Source of the DNA: a virus
Taxonomy: Duplodnaviria > Caudoviricetes
Direction: 5' to 3' (one strand)
DNA: 64,000 nt
IMG/VR virus record: IMGVR_UViG_3300025715_000009
Span: 160,001 to 224,000 of that record
Part shown: positions 1 to 10,045 of the stretch, one piece after another
Layout of the letters: the number at the start of each line of letters is the position of its first letter
How positions within the stretch are numbered: the stretch's first letter is position 1
The notes under the pieces: model-generated
The model's database searches: none
What the model was told of the DNA's origin: nothing
The model's input: the letters and a program-made list of their open reading frames with translations, nothing else
Program-made: the position numbers and the translations under genes

Positions 1-1189
1 TACTTACACCCCAACTATTAAGTAGTTGATTAAACACTGTTGCATTATTAAACATAGCTTGAATAGTAGTAACATTACTTACATCCCAAGATCCAATGGG
101 TTGATTAAATGCAGCTGCATGACTAAACATATAACTCATATTTGTAATATTGCTTACATTCCAAGAAGATATATCTTGATTAAATAATGTTGCTAACATA
201 AACATACCTTGTGCATTGTTTATATTAGACAAATCTGGTTGTCCTATGTTAATCATATTTTTAGTATCTGCAAATTGGTAGCCATTATTATGAAGCTTCA
301 CACTACCCCAATCATTAATAGATAATAATTTACCAGCATCAGTACGCCTAGTAATATAAAATCCAAAACCATTACATTGTCCATCTATTGTTATTGTATA
401 TTCTCCGCCAGTAGAATAAGTATGTGTAGCTTCAGCTTGATTATAAGAAGTTATAATGTTTGAAGAACCATCACCCCAATTGACTGTAAAGTTATATACT
501 CCACTTGCATCAAGAGGTAATTTAATTGAATTTGTTCCAGATGTCTGTGTAGATGTTTTAGTAGTATCCCAAGTTGATGAGAATAATCCACCACCACTAG
601 CTGCTTTAACTATAACTGTATAACTCTTGGTTTGTGTTGCTCCATCTTTGCTAATTGTGGCAGTCATAATAACTGTTGCATCAGATCCAGAAGGTTGAGT
701 TACTACACCTGTATTACTTATAACAGATGGATTAGATGAAGACCAACTAATAGTAGTTGAATAATCACCAGTTGTTGGGAGTGTAAGATTAGATGTTATA
801 TTTTGTAAATTAGAATTTGATCCTAATCCTACTACTATACCTTGAGCTGCCAAATAAGCAGCTTCAGAATTACTGATCTCTAATGTATCTACAATTTGAG
901 ATAATGCATCATCAGCATTTTGTATAATTGTGTAATCTCCAATTGTCAATTTGAAAATATTGTCATCCGCACCACCTGCTGACCAATCAATTGCTACATC
1001 CATCATAGATGTAGGCATATCTTCAATGTTGGCAATTACTCCCATGCCCTTTAATGTTGCCACAAAGATTGATTGTATAGCAGCAATTTTCTTTTCATCA
1101 GTCATTGAAAGTATGAAATCTTTCAATGCTTGTATTTTTATTCCTCTTTTGAATGGTAATGTAGGATCTCTTCCTGCTAGTTGAGCCAT
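1..1189 (-). CDS. DUF285/BspA-like repeat protein with Ig-like and PKD-like domains (3' end runs off the window)
   Basis: Not in the ORF track. Manual translation from ATG 1189 (SD GGAGGGAG): MAQLAGRDP..., Ig-like NLTLPTTG..ISWSSSNPSVISNTGVVT, PKD-like FTVNWGDG..HTYSTGGEYTITI, then 25-aa repeats FNQDISSWNVSNITNMSYMF / FNQPIGSWDVSNVTTIQAMF. Confidence 0.85.
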   Translation of the reverse strand, partial: MAQLAGRDPTLPFKRGIKIQALKDFILSMTDEKKIAAIQSIFVATLKGMGVIANIEDMPTSMMDVAIDWSAGGADDNIFKLTIGDYTIIQNADDALSQIVDTLEISNSEAAYLAAQGIVVGLGSNSNLQNITSNLTLPTTGDYSTTISWSSSNPSVISNTGVVTQPSGSDATVIMTATISKDGATQTKSYTVIVKAASGGGLFSSTWDTTKTSTQTSGTNSIKLPLDASGVYNFTVNWGDGSSNIITSYNQAEATHTYSTGGEYTITIDGQCNGFGFYITRRTDAGKLLSINDWGSVKLHNNGYQFADTKNMINIGQPDLSNINNAQGMFMLATLFNQDISSWNVSNITNMSYMFSHAAAFNQPIGSWDVSNVTTIQAMFNNATVFNQLLNSWGVS

Positions 1190-1209
1190 TATCTCCCTCC
1201 TATTTTAAT

Positions 1210-4200
1210 TTACTCTCTCCAACAAATTACAACCATCACAACAGCATCTTTTGCTGGAACACCAGATGCGGGTACGAATGCTTGCAAATAATCTCCAGCA
1301 TCAAAATCTATATTTTTATTGATTGCAGAATAAGATCCACTTGTCAATGTAAAAGAGTCAAGAGGAGTTACTCTGTCATTATTTCTTCTTAATTCAAATA
1401 ACTTGGATTGATTTCCAGATGCAGATTTAGCAGTAACAGATATAATAGTTCCATTATATGGCATTAAATAACCTGTTTGAGTTGCTACTGCACCGTGGAT
1501 GTTGAGATACTTACCATCAGCAACGTTGCTACCCCAATCCAAGAACATTTGAGACATGCTTAGCCACTTACTCCTTGATGAATCATATTGGAAAGTCATA
1601 TTCAAATCTGTACGATAGAATATATCTCCAGCAGAAGGAGCAGGTGAAGTTGGGAAAGAAGTTCCAGATGGCATATCAAACTGTGTTATTTTACTGTTCA
1701 ATGCTTGAATTGCATCTTGAACATTATTGGCATTTAATGAAGTAAGTGTATCATCATAACCTACTGCAAATGCATTATCTGTCAAGTGGAATCTACCACC
1801 ATTTACACTAACCATGCTAGCACGAACATCTGGAGCTGATTGAGCATCAACATGAACATCAGCATTTCCGTCTGAGGTGAGTGTATCCCAAGAATAGTTG
1901 TTATAAAACTCTACCCATACGTTTTGTGATGCACCTTTCAATAACAAATTGCCACCCATACAATCTTTTACAGTATTAGAAGAAGCTGACCCATAACTAT
2001 CAAGATGTTCAACTCCTGTATCATCAATTGTTAATCCACCCATAAATACAGAGTTGTAAGCTGTAAGATTAGCAGCATGGATAGCAGTAGCTCCAGTTAT
2101 GGAAACATCATTTCTCAATTGAACATAATCAACACCACCACCCAACATGTTTGCTGTTAATGTTCCAATTTGACAGTTATCAAACCAAATTGATGTTCCA
2201 CCAGAGGATGTAGCTGGGTGAGTGAAAATCATATCTTGTGTTCCACCAAAACCTATATTCTTGGCAAACCATCTTCCACCACTTGTAAAGTTTGCAATAT
2301 GGTCACCAGTTTCTGTTCTTACTTTTGTTGTTTCTTTGGAAAGACCCATGATTCCAATCCATGGTTTTAATGTCAAATCCTCTAAATAAGTTCCAGGCAT
2401 AACAAATACTACATAATACTTGGTTGAAGAAGCATCCGTAATAGAATTCAATGCTGCTTGAACTGTAAGATATGGATTATCAAGAGTTCCTAATGTTACA
2501 TTTGGATTTGTATCAGTTCCATTTTTAGCAACATAAACAACATTTTGTATCTCTGTTCCCACTTCATTAGACAATTCAGTAATTGCATCTTGAACTGTTG
2601 TTGAAGATAAACTTGTTCCTGAATTATTATATGATATGTTAGATGCAGCATGTGTGTGTAGCAAGTCAGCATTACTTGCATTTGTTAATGTTTCTGCTTC
2701 AGCAGCAGTTATATCAGTATTAGGATCAGCCAACGATGCTTGAGTGAATGTTACTGTATGTGGGTTATCAGTTCTACCTTCATGATCTGATAAACCATCT
2801 AATATATTTGTAATTATATTATCTATTTGAGAAATTACTTCATCAATATCATCGCCAGTTATATTTACATCACCTGTTGAATTATAGTATAAATCATTTG
2901 CAGGGAAGAGTAGTGTTTTTGTTCCATTAAATGTTACTTTGGTTTGATTATATTCTACCCACCCCCAATATACTGTTCCACCTGATTGATTATAATCTTT
3001 TGCCCCTGTTCCTGAAGAAAGAGCAGCAGAAACAAGATATACTGTACCTGCTGATTGAGAAATTGCGTCACCACCATTATGAGAGAAATCACCATTATGA
3101 ACACGTAATGTTCCACTGGTAATATCTGTTACTGCTTCAACTACTTTAGAATCATAGAATTCAACTACACCTGCATCAATTCTAAACGTTCCACCTCTAA
3201 GATTTACATGTCTAAATGTTTGACTAAATGCTCCATTGATAAATGCTGTTCTTGCTCCAGATGTAGCTAATATATCAACATTAAAGATAGTTGGATTATT
3301 ACCAGTTATAGTTAGAGCTGCATCAGTTGTCATACTTGATGTAGATACTAAAGAAAGATTATATACACCATTTGATTTCTCTGTTGTAGATCCTACAGAC
3401 AGTGTTGTTCCAGAAGAAGATATAATTCTTGCTGCATTTTTTTGTGGTGATGCAAGATAGACAAATGGTTTATTTAATACAACATTCTCGTTATAATCAC
3501 CAGGCATAATATATACAACATATCGATTTGTAGATGATGCACCAGTAATAGAATCAATTGCTGCTTGAACTGTAAGATATGGGTTAGCAATTGTGCCTAA
3601 TGTAACGTTAGGATTTATATCTATGCCATTTTTGGCTACAAAAACTATATTATTTAAATCAACACCTTGTTCTGTAGCAATTTCATCAATTGCTGCTTGA
3701 ACTGTTGTTGCAGCAAGACCAGACGTTGTATTATTAAAAGAGATCGCAGTAGCAGGGTGAGAGTTAGCAGAATCTCTATCCCCTAAAGCATCGTGACTAC
3801 CCCAATCAACGTCTGCTATCTTAATCCAATCTGGTGGAAGACCAGATGAATCATAAACATATTGAGCAGATTTGCCATCACCATCATCTGAAACAACAAC
3901 CGCCCAATTATCTTGTGGTGCTGGATCTGGATCCCAAGAATCTCCATCCCACTCATATATTCTATCATCTGATCCTGTTCCATCTTTAAATATAACACGT
4001 GTTCCAGTAGTTGGAGAACCCTGATCTGTCCAAACACCAGAAGTATATCTATATAAATGATCATTATCTGTTGACAAATAGAATTGACCTTCTTCTGCAG
4101 TAGCTGGTATAGCTGAATATGCACCTTTACCAACAAGATTTCCTAATGCCGGAGATTGCCATTCTAATGCTCCAAATTGTGGAGCGTGAATTATATTATC

Positions 4201-4632
4201 CCAGTGAATTGAAACTGTTCCTGCGTTTGATGTTCCTAATTCTGTTTCTGTATAATAACGACTATCATGGTGGTGGAGTGTTGTTCCATTACCAGAAGTC
4301 AATTCATTTAATTCTGATAAAGTTATATCAGTGTTGGTATCTGCAGCTAAAGTTTGAGTAATTGTTGTATTGTGTGGGTTATCTCTATCAAAACGTGATG
4401 TTATAGAAAGAGCAGCAATTGCATCAGCAATGCTCATATCTCCACCATTATCTCCTATATCCGTAGTTGATAGAATTAAATTACCTGCTGTAATTGCAGC
4501 AGTTAAATCTGTCGTAAGATAAGCATTTATACCATTACTATCAATTACTAATGATTGATTGTTTGGGAGGGAAATACCAAGATCAATAACATTTACGAGT
4601 GATCCACTGGTGTTTTTCAAATAATAAGTCAT
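1210..4632 (-). CDS. Multidomain virion structural/fibre protein with two beta-helix-like domains
   Basis: Start moved to ATG 4632 (MTYYLKN, SD GAGGAG), matching the paralogous N-terminus of 10046..12112. Two internal copies of VAKNG.D.NPNVTLGT..NPYLTVQAA, DNPH and HxH knots, C-terminal YD..RSKWLS...WR module. Confidence 0.75.
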   Translation of the reverse strand: MTYYLKNTSGSLVNVIDLGISLPNNQSLVIDSNGINAYLTTDLTAAITAGNLILSTTDIGDNGGDMSIADAIAALSITSRFDRDNPHNTTITQTLAADTNTDITLSELNELTSGNGTTLHHHDSRYYTETELGTSNAGTVSIHWDNIIHAPQFGALEWQSPALGNLVGKGAYSAIPATAEEGQFYLSTDNDHLYRYTSGVWTDQGSPTTGTRVIFKDGTGSDDRIYEWDGDSWDPDPAPQDNWAVVVSDDGDGKSAQYVYDSSGLPPDWIKIADVDWGSHDALGDRDSANSHPATAISFNNTTSGLAATTVQAAIDEIATEQGVDLNNIVFVAKNGIDINPNVTLGTIANPYLTVQAAIDSITGASSTNRYVVYIMPGDYNENVVLNKPFVYLASPQKNAARIISSSGTTLSVGSTTEKSNGVYNLSLVSTSSMTTDAALTITGNNPTIFNVDILATSGARTAFINGAFSQTFRHVNLRGGTFRIDAGVVEFYDSKVVEAVTDITSGTLRVHNGDFSHNGGDAISQSAGTVYLVSAALSSGTGAKDYNQSGGTVYWGWVEYNQTKVTFNGTKTLLFPANDLYYNSTGDVNITGDDIDEVISQIDNIITNILDGLSDHEGRTDNPHTVTFTQASLADPNTDITAAEAETLTNASNADLLHTHAASNISYNNSGTSLSSTTVQDAITELSNEVGTEIQNVVYVAKNGTDTNPNVTLGTLDNPYLTVQAALNSITDASSTKYYVVFVMPGTYLEDLTLKPWIGIMGLSKETTKVRTETGDHIANFTSGGRWFAKNIGFGGTQDMIFTHPATSSGGTSIWFDNCQIGTLTANMLGGGVDYVQLRNDVSITGATAIHAANLTAYNSVFMGGLTIDDTGVEHLDSYGSASSNTVKDCMGGNLLLKGASQNVWVEFYNNYSWDTLTSDGNADVHVDAQSAPDVRASMVSVNGGRFHLTDNAFAVGYDDTLTSLNANNVQDAIQALNSKITQFDMPSGTSFPTSPAPSAGDIFYRTDLNMTFQYDSSRSKWLSMSQMFLDWGSNVADGKYLNIHGAVATQTGYLMPYNGTIISVTAKSASGNQSKLFELRRNNDRVTPLDSFTLTSGSYSAINKNIDFDAGDYLQAFVPASGVPAKDAVVMVVICWRE

Positions 4633-4634
4633 GC

Positions 4635-5357
4635 TCAATTCTCCTCATTTTTTTTAGAAAAATAATGTTTTATAGCTAAACTTATTTTTCTTTTTGTTTC
4701 TTCAGAAAGTTTTTTATTTTTATTTACTAAACTTAATTTTTTTTTATGTTCTTCTGTAAGTTTTTTCCCACAATGAGCATTGCTTATTTTTCTTTTTGTT
4801 TCTTGAGATATTTTTGTTTTTTCACAAGAAAATCTTTTTTTCTGTGAGATACTCATTTTTCTTTTAGTTTCTAAAGAATGTTGTTTTCCTTTTCTATTAC
4901 TTAATTTATTTTTTTTTGATTCACTAATTTTATTTTTAGTTTCATTTGATAAACTTTTTCCAGTTTTAGATTTACTTATTTTTTCTCTCCATTCTTTTGA
5001 TTTATTTAATGCTTGTAATCTTATTTTATTTCTAGTTTCTTCATTACAACGTTGTCCATCACCACCCAACGTTTTATTATAACCAAATTTTGAAATATAG
5101 GATTTGTATTTTCTAATATATTCAATTTCAATTTCATTTAAATTAATTTCATTTAATTCATTTATAGTATTAATTGCTAGCAGTATTTCAAATTTAAAAT
5201 TATTTATACCATATTTATTTATTGAATTAAATAAATGTTTATTTCCTCTACCTTTTTTATGTTCACTCCATCGTTTTTTCATGGAAATATAACTTTTGCC
5301 TATATAAATTTTATTATTTATTAAATTTGTTATTTTATATACACCAATATCTGGCAT
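4635..5357 (-). CDS. GIY-YIG homing endonuclease with NUMOD3 repeats
   Basis: GVYKITN..KIYIGKS motif, conserved E and GYN, followed by multiple S.ETK.KIS repeats. Confidence 0.9.
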   Translation of the reverse strand: MPDIGVYKITNLINNKIYIGKSYISMKKRWSEHKKGRGNKHLFNSINKYGINNFKFEILLAINTINELNEINLNEIEIEYIRKYKSYISKFGYNKTLGGDGQRCNEETRNKIRLQALNKSKEWREKISKSKTGKSLSNETKNKISESKKNKLSNRKGKQHSLETKRKMSISQKKRFSCEKTKISQETKRKISNAHCGKKLTEEHKKKLSLVNKNKKLSEETKRKISLAIKHYFSKKNEEN

Positions 5358-5367
5358 TTAAGTTCTC

Positions 5368-6090
5368 CTACTTTATTTTCGTTTCCAACACTTTTTTGAT
5401 TTTATGATTTAAGATTGGTTGAAGATTACGAGGTTCAAAATACTCATGATCCACCAATTCAAATTTTCTAATTTCAGGGAGGTTTTCACCTTCTACAAGA
5501 GCCATATATCCTTCATTTTCATTTTTCCAATAATAGAAAACATTATTATCTTCTGTCCAAGTACCGAATATATTTTTCTTGGCGTTATTCTCTTCTTTTA
5601 TTTCATTTAATTTTTTCTCTAATAATCTTTTTACTTTATAATTCTTAAATTCTTGCATAATACGAGGTTCAAAATAATCTTTATCTAATACTTTTACTTC
5701 TACAATTTGTGGTAATTTTATGCCATCATCCTCAACAATTGCCATATAACCTTTATTCTCACCTTTCCAATAGTAATACTTTTTACTATCATCTTTATCA
5801 ACCAACCATTTTTCAAATAAATTGAAATTATCTGATTTGTTTAATTCTTGAACTCTTTTGTTTAGAACCTTGTCCAATTCTTCTTCAATAATATGATTAT
5901 CAAATAGGTGATATGAGAATTTAGAACAATCATTAACACTTTCTATTACCATTGTTTCATAATTTATTTTATATCCTTTATCTGATGTACGCCACATATA
6001 ATAAATGTTATCATCATTTGAATCTTGAACCCATTCATAAAAATGGTTTTTATCTTCATCTAATGATTGAATAAATTTCTTGAACTTCAT
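5368..6090 (-). CDS. Hypothetical protein with three ~75-aa internal repeats; possible internal head protein
   Basis: Three copies of F..W..D....YY.W....GY; N-terminus MKFKKFIQSLDE; SD GAGG. Confidence 0.6.
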   Translation of the reverse strand: MKFKKFIQSLDEDKNHFYEWVQDSNDDNIYYMWRTSDKGYKINYETMVIESVNDCSKFSYHLFDNHIIEEELDKVLNKRVQELNKSDNFNLFEKWLVDKDDSKKYYYWKGENKGYMAIVEDDGIKLPQIVEVKVLDKDYFEPRIMQEFKNYKVKRLLEKKLNEIKEENNAKKNIFGTWTEDNNVFYYWKNENEGYMALVEGENLPEIRKFELVDHEYFEPRNLQPILNHKIKKVLETKIK

Positions 6091-6110
6091 ATTATTCCTC
6101 TTTTAATAAA

Positions 6111-6338
6111 TTACTTTCCAGATCTAATTTTATCTGGTGATATAGAATATTCTGTCCCTGTTCCATCAACCAAATAGGCCCTTTCTTCTCCACACTCAGA
6201 ACATTTTTCAATAACAGCTTTTACTCTAACGTTTTTAACATCACCTGCAATTCCTTGAAAATTACTACGTCCTATAGAATTATAAACTTCTTTCCAATTA
6301 TGTTTATGTTTTTTATTTAATATATTAGCAAATTTCAT
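6111..6338 (-). CDS. Small putative metal-binding protein
   Basis: HKH and CSEC motifs, SD GAGG. Confidence 0.55.
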   Translation of the reverse strand: MKFANILNKKHKHNWKEVYNSIGRSNFQGIAGDVKNVRVKAVIEKCSECGEERAYLVDGTGTEYSISPDKIRSGK

Positions 6339-6339
6339 A

Positions 6340-6486
6340 TTATTCCTCTTTTAAAATAAAATTAAAACTATCACCATCTTTTATAACAACTAATTCTTGA
6401 TCATCTGTCATTGTATCAATAATTGCTTTTATCTGATTACATGAAACATCATCACGTGACATTATCACCTGTTCTTCTATCTCCAT
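6340..6486 (-). CDS. Small acidic hypothetical protein (48 aa)
   Basis: Manual translation MEIEEQVIMSRDD...FILKEE; TAATG coupling to the upstream gene; fills the gap exactly. Confidence 0.6.
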   Translation of the reverse strand: MEIEEQVIMSRDDVSCNQIKAIIDTMTDDQELVVIKDGDSFNFILKEE

Positions 6487-7607
6487 TATTTCCTCCAAGC
6501 AATAGTAACATTTACTCTTGGATCATTGATTGGAGCTCCTGTTGCTACACAATAAACCTGTATAACATCACCAGCAGAAAAATCTATATTTAATGTATCA
6601 TTATTATATTTTCCTGTTGTAAGAGAAAATGTTGCAAGATCTGTTAAAACTCCATTCTTACGAATTGCAAAACCTTTACTTTGATCACCTGCTCCACCAA
6701 CTGCTGATACTCCAACGATTGTTCCATTTTTAAGAACTGAATAGCCAGAATTTAAATCACTATGGAAACCAGTTGATAAATAATTAGCATCACCTTTTCT
6801 TGCTTGGAAAGAAACAGATGTTTGATTAATACTTAACCACTTGGATCTTGTGCTATCATAGGCATATAACACTCCATCTATATTTACAATTTGACCTGCT
6901 GCCACACCAACTGATGGAGTATAAGCCACAGGTGTAATTTGTAATGGTGCATAATCATTAGATGCATTAAATGTAACTGGTCCATTATCTATTGCAATTG
7001 ATGATCCACCATTATATGCAGCATCTAATGTTAATCCAGGGATAGTAGAACCAGAAATACCAACTGCTCCAATATAACGATATACTCTAACCCATAGTGG
7101 TTGAGACCATCCAAGATTTGATGCAGTATACCCAGCTCCAAGAACAATAAACCCCATCTTATAAGATGGGACCCAAGCACCTTGAGTTGTAGTAATTTCT
7201 GTACCAGGAGCTGTACCACTTCCATTATCTTGGAAAAGTTTCATGGCATAGCCCTTTCCAAAAATTTGTGGAATAAGCCAATCACCTTTTATAACAGATG
7301 ATTCATTTCCTGGTGTAGAAAAAGCAGCCCAAGCTCTATCATTTGTTCCTGTTATTTTTGTTAATTTAAGATCAATTTTTTCAATCATAGTAGGATTAGC
7401 TGCAACAGCAGCATCTGCTTCGGCTGGAGTATTAGCAACTGGAACTTGTTCTACATATAAATCTTGATTTAAAAGAAATGGTCTCCAACCATATTTCTCT
7501 TCATAATATGCAAGACCACTTGAATCTGATGTATTACTTAAACCTTGAACACCAAATACCATTTTAATTGCTAAATTAAGTTTTTCTTGATCAGTTAAAT
7601 TTGCCAT
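6486..7607 (-). CDS. Virion structural protein (paralogue of 20850..21923)
   Basis: Shares LD.AY.G, Y.YD..RSKW.S and terminal IAWR with 20850..21923 and the C-terminal module of 1210..4632. Confidence 0.7.
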   Translation of the reverse strand: MANLTDQEKLNLAIKMVFGVQGLSNTSDSSGLAYYEEKYGWRPFLLNQDLYVEQVPVANTPAEADAAVAANPTMIEKIDLKLTKITGTNDRAWAAFSTPGNESSVIKGDWLIPQIFGKGYAMKLFQDNGSGTAPGTEITTTQGAWVPSYKMGFIVLGAGYTASNLGWSQPLWVRVYRYIGAVGISGSTIPGLTLDAAYNGGSSIAIDNGPVTFNASNDYAPLQITPVAYTPSVGVAAGQIVNIDGVLYAYDSTRSKWLSINQTSVSFQARKGDANYLSTGFHSDLNSGYSVLKNGTIVGVSAVGGAGDQSKGFAIRKNGVLTDLATFSLTTGKYNNDTLNIDFSAGDVIQVYCVATGAPINDPRVNVTIAWRK

Positions 7608-8428
7608 AAATAATTCTCCAATAATTTTGGATTTTTTTCTATATTAATAAGATCGCTTGTCAAAATAAGAACCAATCCAATTTCGTTTTTTGCTAAATCA
7701 ATTTTATCTTTTTGTAACTCATAAAAATAATTTGCTTTTGTATCTATATATTTATTTTCTATAATAAAATCTGGAGCATATCTTTCACCAGAAGATAGAA
7801 TTATTTGTTTATGATATAATTCCCATTTATAATTTAAATTATCAAGAATTTTTGCTAATCTTAATTCATATGTTCCTTGACATTTATGAATTTTACCGGT
7901 TTTATCAACAAATTCTATCCATTTACTTTTGCCACCCTTATTAATAAATTCTTTATATTTATTTACATCTTGATGGGCTTTTTTTAAACCAATACTTATT
8001 TTGTTTTTATATTCTTCTGTAAAGATTTTATTTTTTAACTTTAATTTTACATCCTCTCTTTGTGAATTATGTTCAACATTATATTTAGCCATTATACTTT
8101 TTTTCATTTTTTCTTTATCTTTAAGTATATAATCTATACCATATCTACTTAAATTAGTTTGTTTTATTTTTTCTTTAACAGAATTTAATTGAAAACAATT
8201 TATAACTCCATATTTTTTTAAAAAAGAACATTTTTTACAATAACAACCATTGTTACTCATAATACTTTTTTTATTAGTAATAATATCACATTCACAATCA
8301 AGACATTTTGTTTGAACTCTATCACGTTGTTTAATTTCTATTCCATTTAAAAATAAAGCTTTAAATTTTACGCCATTATAAATAGAATCTTTAATTTCTA
8401 TTTTTGGGCTAAATGGTATAGAAATCAT
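7595..8428 (-). CDS. Putative PD-(D/E)xK homing endonuclease with CxxC motifs and KYGV repeats
   Basis: CLDC and CKKC; KKYGV/SRYGI/AKYNV repeats; C-terminal YE...YAPDF...YIDTK; Lys-rich; free-standing. Confidence 0.75.
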   Translation of the reverse strand: MISIPFSPKIEIKDSIYNGVKFKALFLNGIEIKQRDRVQTKCLDCECDIITNKKSIMSNNGCYCKKCSFLKKYGVINCFQLNSVKEKIKQTNLSRYGIDYILKDKEKMKKSIMAKYNVEHNSQREDVKLKLKNKIFTEEYKNKISIGLKKAHQDVNKYKEFINKGGKSKWIEFVDKTGKIHKCQGTYELRLAKILDNLNYKWELYHKQIILSSGERYAPDFIIENKYIDTKANYFYELQKDKIDLAKNEIGLVLILTSDLINIEKNPKLLENYLWQI

Positions 8429-8733
8429 TTCACTTCTCCTATAAACTTAATTGGTGATGAAAAAATAGTTTTAATAATCAAATTATGATCCAACTTATTT
8501 AAATCCTTGTGCCAATTTTCATATATATTTCTAACTTGGTTTTGACCATGTAATTGATTAGATGTTATGGTCTTACCAGTTATATTACTATAATAACCAA
8601 AAAAATAATGTATTTCACATTCCAGCAATAAATTTGACCAATCAAATTTGGATATAGTAAAATATCCAAATTCTAATCCATCACTACTTTTCCAATAATA
8701 ATAAGCTTCACCTTTATAATTAGATGGAAACAT
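8425..8733 (-). CDS. Hypothetical protein (C-terminal IIKTIF motif)
   Basis: ORF track; co-oriented and tightly packed. Confidence 0.55.
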   Translation of the reverse strand: MFPSNYKGEAYYYWKSSDGLEFGYFTISKFDWSNLLLECEIHYFFGYYSNITGKTITSNQLHGQNQVRNIYENWHKDLNKLDHNLIIKTIFSSPIKFIGEVK

Positions 8734-8738
8734 ATTTA

Positions 8739-8909
8739 TTAAATTTCATCTCCAATTGTTGAAACATCATATTCAAGCATTTGATCTAAATTTGCCTTAA
8801 GCTTTTTAAGCTCGGTTTTAGAAAGAAAGATGCCCTGAACTAATGCTTCATTGTCTGAAAAATATACAAGATACTTTTCTTCATTTTTCTTTTCGATTTT
8901 GATTTTCAT
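8739..8909 (-). CDS. Small hypothetical protein (56 aa)
   Basis: Manual translation MKIKIEKKNEEKYLVYF...IGDEI; SD GAGG in the end of the upstream gene. Confidence 0.6.
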   Translation of the reverse strand: MKIKIEKKNEEKYLVYFSDNEALVQGIFLSKTELKKLKANLDQMLEYDVSTIGDEI

Positions 8910-8910
8910 T

Positions 8911-9204
8911 TTATTCCTCTTCTGGTGTAAAGGTTTTTCTCTTGAGAGATTTTACTTGAGATGTTCTTACGCCATAAGATGCTGATATCATATTAATGGC
9001 CATTTTAAGGGCTTTTTCCACTTGATTTGATTGAATTGCTGCAACCAACTCTTGTTTCATTTTATCATCAACATCAGATTGTTGAATTTGATTTACAAGA
9101 CCTGCTTTGAAATCATTTCCTAATTGTCTTTTTGCTGTAAGATTATCAGCAGCAAATTGTGATTCAGCAAGATCTATTTCTTTATTTAATTGTTTAAATT
9201 TCAT
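8911..9204 (-). CDS. Hypothetical protein, possible internal head protein
   Basis: N-terminus MKFKQLNKEIDLAE resembles a T4-type capsid targeting/cleavage leader. Confidence 0.5.
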   Translation of the reverse strand: MKFKQLNKEIDLAESQFAADNLTAKRQLGNDFKAGLVNQIQQSDVDDKMKQELVAAIQSNQVEKALKMAINMISASYGVRTSQVKSLKRKTFTPEEE

Positions 9205-9213
9205 ATTTGCCTC

Positions 9214-9693
9214 TTACTCTGTTGTATCAACTACTTCAATATCAAATTCTTTCTTAAATCTTGTTCCAGAAATACCAAGTATAATTGTTGCTTCACCTTC
9301 TGCAATAGCTGTAACTACAAATTTACCTTCATTTGCATCAACACCAGCTTCTACTGTTGCAACATCTTCATCAGAAGAAATGCAAGTAAAAGTATATGTC
9401 TTGTCTGTATTTGATGGGACGACTGCAGGTGTAATTAATGCTGATTGTAATCCACCACTCACCATATCAAATTCTGTTGCTGTAATACTACCATTTACTC
9501 CAGTAATTGGTCTATCAATATATTGAGTTGAATCGTAATCTCTTACACCATCATTTAACAAATCTGATGATTTAGATAATAAAGGATAGAATGCATGATC
9601 CTCTCCAAATCTCATATATTCTGGGTTTTTTCCATAAAATCTAACTAAACGAGCATAAGCTACTGGAACTTTATCGCCTTGAAAATCTGCCAT
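9214..9693 (-). CDS. Ig-like (Big_2) domain virion protein
   Basis: V.PSN.....F...SSDEDVATV....VTAIAEGEATI pattern; SD AGGAGG. Confidence 0.7.
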   Translation of the reverse strand: MADFQGDKVPVAYARLVRFYGKNPEYMRFGEDHAFYPLLSKSSDLLNDGVRDYDSTQYIDRPITGVNGSITATEFDMVSGGLQSALITPAVVPSNTDKTYTFTCISSDEDVATVEAGVDANEGKFVVTAIAEGEATIILGISGTRFKKEFDIEVVDTTE

Positions 9694-9704
9694 TCTAATC
9701 CTCC

Positions 9705-10031
9705 TTAAAGTTCAAATTCATCAACTTCATCTTCATCACTTATTCCTTTTCCAGTTTCATCTTCTGCATCCATTGTTGGGAATTCTGGTTCAGGAATTTC
9801 AGCTATTTCTTCTTTGTCGATTTCATTGATAAAAAATTCTAATGTTTTTCTTGCTGCTTCCAAGATTTCTGATCTATCAGCTTTCTTGGAAAATTGTTTC
9901 TTGACATCTTTTACAAATTCTGCTATGAGAGTAAGAGCATCTTCTTTGGCAAGATTTTTGCTTACTTGCTCATCTTGTTGCTCTGCTTCATATATCTCAC
10001 TTAATAACTTTTTTAATAATTTTTCACTCAT
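9705..10031 (-). CDS. Acidic helical hypothetical protein (possible prohead core-type)
   Basis: Very acidic C-terminus, several [IL]xE sites, SD GGAG. Confidence 0.45.
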   Translation of the reverse strand: MSEKLLKKLLSEIYEAEQQDEQVSKNLAKEDALTLIAEFVKDVKKQFSKKADRSEILEAARKTLEFFINEIDKEEIAEIPEPEFPTMDAEDETGKGISDEDEVDEFEL

Positions 10032-10045
10032 ATTATTCTCCTATA

